Below the pieces are notes generated by a model. The model did not search any database. It was not told where the DNA came from and saw nothing but the letters and a program-made list of their open reading frames with translations. A stretch of DNA of 54,464 nucleotides from Betaproteobacteria bacterium UBA3031 (GTDB lineage: Bacteria; Pseudomonadota; Gammaproteobacteria; Burkholderiales; Eutrophovitaceae): the NCBI GenBank assembly GCA_002367635.1, contig DFDI01000073.1, positions 1-54,464 on the forward strand, written 5' to 3'. Below, piece by piece: positions 53,737 through 54,464 of the stretch; position 1 is the first letter of the stretch; each line of letters starts with the position of its first letter. A program made the translations under genes and the position numbers.

Positions 53737-53811
53737 GATGGTTGTTTATAGGCTTGGCTGTTTGGTTGTTGATGACTTTCTAAATCTTGACAAGTACTAG
53801 AGACTTATTAT

Positions 53812-53838
53812 TGCAGATCTGCATGATATATTAATCAT
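53812..53838. promoter_or_regulatory. Candidate operator palindromes upstream of DUF1800-DUF1501
   Basis: Perfect 12-bp palindrome TGCAGATCTGCA (53812-53823) abutting ATGAT-N6-ATCAT (53823-53838). Confidence 0.3.
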
Positions 53839-53842
53839 TTCA

Positions 53843-54283
53843 CTAGAAGGGTGCCGATATTTGTGCGAGCGCTGCTAGCATTTCTTTCGGTATCGGAGTC
53901 GGTCGACGCGATAAGGTATTGACGTAAACATGTACGAAGGTGCCTTGGGCTGATGCTAAGTTGCTGTCTTCGCGGAACAGTCCGACTGAATAGTGTACTG
54001 AGCTTGTGCCGATCTTATCTACTCGAATGCCACTTGTTACGACGTCTGGAAACGTAATCGGGGAGAAATATTGACATTGTGTCTCAACGACTAAACCAAT
54101 AATTGTGCTTTTTTCGATATCGAGCACATTTTGCTCAATTAAGAACTGATTGACCGCAGTATCGAAAAATGAGTAATAGACTACGTTATTGATATGTCGA
54201 TATACATCATTATCCATCCAACGAGTTGGTATGGTTTGAAAGTGAAAGAAATGATCGCGATCTGAAGGGTTGCTTTTAGACAT
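53843..54283 (-). CDS. Acyl-CoA thioesterase (4HBT hot-dog fold)
   Basis: TRWMDNDVYRHINNVVYYSFFD, GLVVETQC.YF, FVHVYV. Confidence 0.9.
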   Translation of the reverse strand: MSKSNPSDRDHFFHFQTIPTRWMDNDVYRHINNVVYYSFFDTAVNQFLIEQNVLDIEKSTIIGLVVETQCQYFSPITFPDVVTSGIRVDKIGTSSVHYSVGLFREDSNLASAQGTFVHVYVNTLSRRPTPIPKEMLAALAQISAPF

Positions 54284-54464
54284 ATTTGGATTGCAATAGG
54301 TTATTGATATGCTTAATGAGGGCTAGAAATTGGATGCTCAAATTAATCACTCAAAAACCATTATAAACTCAAAGAAAACCTAGTATTTTTTATAAAAATC
54401 ATTTGTTTACTATGTTAGTATTCGTTTGTTAAATTTTATTTTGCGAGACTTATGAATTTTCATT

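Noticed and set aside
54195-54215. Thioesterase motif DVYRH instead of the usual DxxGH
   Set aside because: Single-nucleotide difference; the catalytic Asp and HxNN are retained, so there is no evidence of inactivation.

Overview
Gene-dense bacterial chromosome segment. It is most consistent with a moderately low-GC Betaproteobacterium, judging by the Rhodocyclales/Nitrosomonadales-like S4 N-terminus and the uvrA-MFS-ssb, FmdB-aspS-nudB and pbpG-IclR-lutABC arrangements; this taxonomy is an inference. Positions 1-8 kb hold the end of the spc operon and the alpha ribosomal operon (rplX partial to rplQ, including an rpmJ missed by the ORF track, and no infA), closed by a long bidirectional hairpin. 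The rest is mostly housekeeping and metabolism: uvrA, MFS, ssb, tusA-like, single-chain indolepyruvate ferredoxin oxidoreductase, UgpQ-like, FmdB, aspS, nudB, nadA, Atm1-like ABC, pbpG, IclR, lutABC, DUF2062, nhaB, 2-hydroxyacid dehydrogenase, amidase, hrpA, pxpBCA, a beta-barrel, CinA-like, gluQ, DUF2069, wrbA, proS, a SpeE-like methyltransferase, rppH, quinone oxidoreductase, AKR, DUF1800-DUF1501 and a thioesterase. I saw no rRNA, tRNA, CRISPR array or mobile element, and no clear-cut novel multi-gene system. The best leads are: (i) an unannotated Cys-rich 55-aa ORF at 39025 that is one base away from being a lipoprotein, inside a small patch of secreted-protein genes; (ii) an SD-sequestering, switch-like leader on nhaB; (iii) an UgpQ homolog that has lost catalytic residues; (iv) an exported DUF1800/DUF1501 pair with palindromic upstream sites; (v) a bistable-looking structured spacer between ssb and tusA. 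All family calls come from motif recognition by eye, not from database searches.
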